Below the pieces are notes generated by a model. That model did no database searches. It was not told the DNA's origin and saw only the letters and a list, made by a program, of their open reading frames with translations. From contig CM120640.1 of NCBI GenBank assembly GCA_051362555.1, positions 69,790,788 through 69,854,787 on the forward strand: a stretch of 64,000 nucleotides of DNA, in the 5' to 3' direction. Numbering within the stretch: the first letter of the stretch is position 1; the number at the start of each line of letters is the position of its first letter. Source of the DNA: Lingula anatina (taxonomy: Eukaryota > Animalia > Brachiopoda). This document shows positions 61,895-64,000 of this stretch, in pieces. The position numbers and the translations under genes are program-made.

Positions 61895-63600
61895 GCCCCT
61901 CAGGACAGAAGTTTCAGCACCCACACCAGTGATGACGAGGTATTTGCCCCTCCCCCCTACAGACCTGCACCCCCTTACTCTCCTAAGTCTGCCAGGAGAG
62001 AGCAGACACCTGCCAGCATGCTGGGGAACAGGTCAGGCAGGGATCTGGTGCCAAGGGACAGCAACTCTAACTCTCCACAGGTGGGATCAGGAGATGGCAG
62101 TGGGGTTATCAGCAACAACAAACGTGGTGGAGGTGGGGTGTATCCTCCAAACTACGGACCACAAGCCTAGGATATTCAAACCTGCAGGAGATGGTCAAGA
62201 GAGTGACCAGCGGTCAAGGCAGGTGATCAGGTTGAATGGTCCACCCCCACAGACACTGCCTCACAAGATAGACATGTCCATCAGGTTGAATGGTCCACCC
62301 CCACAGACACTGCCTCACAAGATAGACATGTCCAATCTAAGCAGGACAGGCCTGGTAGGGGGTGGCCACCAACAGCAGCATAAGATGGACTCTCCTAATC
62401 TGAACAGGTCCAGGCCTGATATGAGTGACCCTGTCTCTGCCTCCCTACAGAGGCCTGGTGCTGGGGCAGCTTATCCACCACATGTACAGCAGAGACTAGG
62501 GGGGAATAGGGGGGAACAGAGGCCTCTGGGAAGTACTAGTTCTGATGGCTCAGACAAAGATGGGACTAGAAGGTTTGTTGATGCTGATGGTGGCATGGCA
62601 ACAAATAATTTCCAGTCTTCCTCACCAATGAATAGACATAGTACTGAAGTGAGGCCTGGTGTGGCTTACGGTCCACCACCACCATCATCATCAAGTACTA
62701 TGCATAATGACTCCTCGGCTAACATGCACAGGGTTAGTGTCTTGAACAGAGCCAGTCAGAACATGATGGACAGACCATCACCAAATGTGCACAGCATGAG
62801 ACTCTCTCCACACCACGACTCCCTCCCACATTCCACGGGACCCTGGAACGGTGTGACTGAAATGCGCAATACACCGCAATACAGCGCAACACAGTGCAAT
62901 ACACTTCAAAAAATCAAATCCAGTTGCAATTACACAAAAGAAATGACCGTTCCCAGCAAAGTAGGGTGATATAAAAACAACCTATATTACTAGGTAAGTA
63001 ATATCGTTGAAATAACTTAACAAATCAGCAAGACTTTTATATTGTCGTGTTGGCAGCCATGTTGGCGAGTGGCTCTTCTTGGATATATTACTGGCCAAGA
63101 AGAGCTTTTCGCCAACATGGCGGCTGACCAAACAGTGAAAAAATTGTCAAGTTGTATCAGCAATATTAATTACTATGTACTATATTTTGCTTTTATATCA
63201 CCCTATTTTATTTGAGATTACCCTTTCCTGTGTTTACTTGCAACTGGACTTGTGTTATCAAGTGTATTGCGCTGTGTTGCGCTGTATTGCAGTGTATTGC
63301 GCATTTCAGTCACACCCCCGGGACCTCCTTATGAACATGATCACCAGAGGGAGCTGGGGTACGACTCTCAGAGCAATCAGAGCTCAGACTTAAGTGCAAA
63401 GAACACGTCTCTGGATCATACCAGTGAGAGTGAGCCCCCTCCCCCAGAGAGTCACCATGAGATTAGGAACTATGAAGATGTGGCTAGGTTTAAGCAACAG
63501 CAGCAGCCAGACCCTCTGTCACAAGTGTCCAGTTCTACGGACAGTGGCTATGGACACGGACATCACATTTATGAGAAGGTTAATGATCTGAGAATGGGAG
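61895..63600 (+). pseudogene. LAP exon 17 copy, unit 3, disabled
   Basis: 11-bp deletion near 62157 (cgg microhomology), 54-bp tandem duplication 62226-62333, MITE insertion 62843-63318. Confidence 0.88.
62843..63318. mobile_element. MITE-like insertion in the unit 3 exon 17 copy
   Basis: TIRs ggtgtgactgaaatgcgcaatacac / gtgtattgcgcatttcagtcacacc with 10-bp subrepeats; cgggacc duplicated on both sides; absent from units 1 and 2. Confidence 0.75.
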
Positions 63601-63679
63601 GTGAGTTGTTACATTTTGGATCTGAAAAATTGCTTTTAAGTACATTGTAGCATTGTAACTTACCTTTTATGTATATTAA

Positions 63680-64000
63680 AGCTACTCTTACAACCGGTCG
63701 TGCGTGCTTCTACGAGCGGTTTGCGTGCAAAAAATTGGCCAAGTAGTAAGATACACGCACGTGGAGCGTACTATTTTTGGTAGACGCAAACACGACGCAA
63801 AGCACGCAGCCCGAAAACTGGCCGGCCAGTTTTTCGCTACGACCTGTCTGCGACAATTAGAATGCCTGGAGCACGCTCGTAGCACGCAAGACAAAAGTAC
63901 TGAGTAAGTGCGCTAGGCGTGCGTGTAACGCAGGAAAAGCATGCAGAAATTACGGGGTTTTTTACCACGAAGACGTACTTACCACGCAAGAGACTCGTAA
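63680..64000. mobile_element. Start of a further insertion (possibly PIF/Harbinger-like), truncated by the window end
   Basis: Homology to intron 17 stops after gtatattaa; CpG-rich sequence beginning agctactcttacaac follows; other end not visible. Confidence 0.45.

Larger units (their letters stand above)
54202..64000 (+). repeat. Tandem segmental duplication unit 3 (runs off the window end)
   Basis: Same junction at 54201/54202; copies of exon 16, the TRIM and exon 17. Confidence 0.92.

Noticed and set aside
29882-64000. Units 2 and 3 as haplotype-duplication assembly artefacts
   Set aside because: The identical novel junction occurs twice, and each unit has private disabling mutations and TE insertions; three distinct versions exceed two alleles. 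Long-read confirmation is still desirable

Overview
AT-rich animal (invertebrate-type) genomic DNA; no rRNA, tRNA or CRISPR seen. A complete 21-coding-exon LAP-family gene (LRRs + LAPSD + one C-terminal PDZ; Erbin/Densin-180/Lap1 type, 1628 aa by my hand splice model) runs 6737-27721 on +. Its intron 16 holds an antisense, single-coding-exon RING/B-box/B-box/coiled-coil/NHL (TRIM-NHL) gene. The 3' half of the host gene, with the nested TRIM, is tandemly triplicated (unit 1 17163-29881, unit 2 29882-54201, unit 3 54202 to beyond the window end) through an identical junction. The duplicated host exons 16-18 are mostly pseudogenised, yet TRIM copies 2 and 3 are intact, diverged and mosaic, while the original TRIM is broken by a CACTA-type element. 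In every unit the TRIM lies between a 5' end and a 3' end of a Helentron-associated (HINE-type) repeat, and these span almost the whole intron, suggesting a rolling-circle-mobilised TRIM cassette. The window is dense in TEs: three HINE-type families (one carrying 146-bp tandem arrays), a five-level nest, a solo LTR, a long-TIR element carrying a dead Tc1 transposase, and several MITEs. All coordinates and comparisons were made by eye; TE family names rest on terminal structure only.
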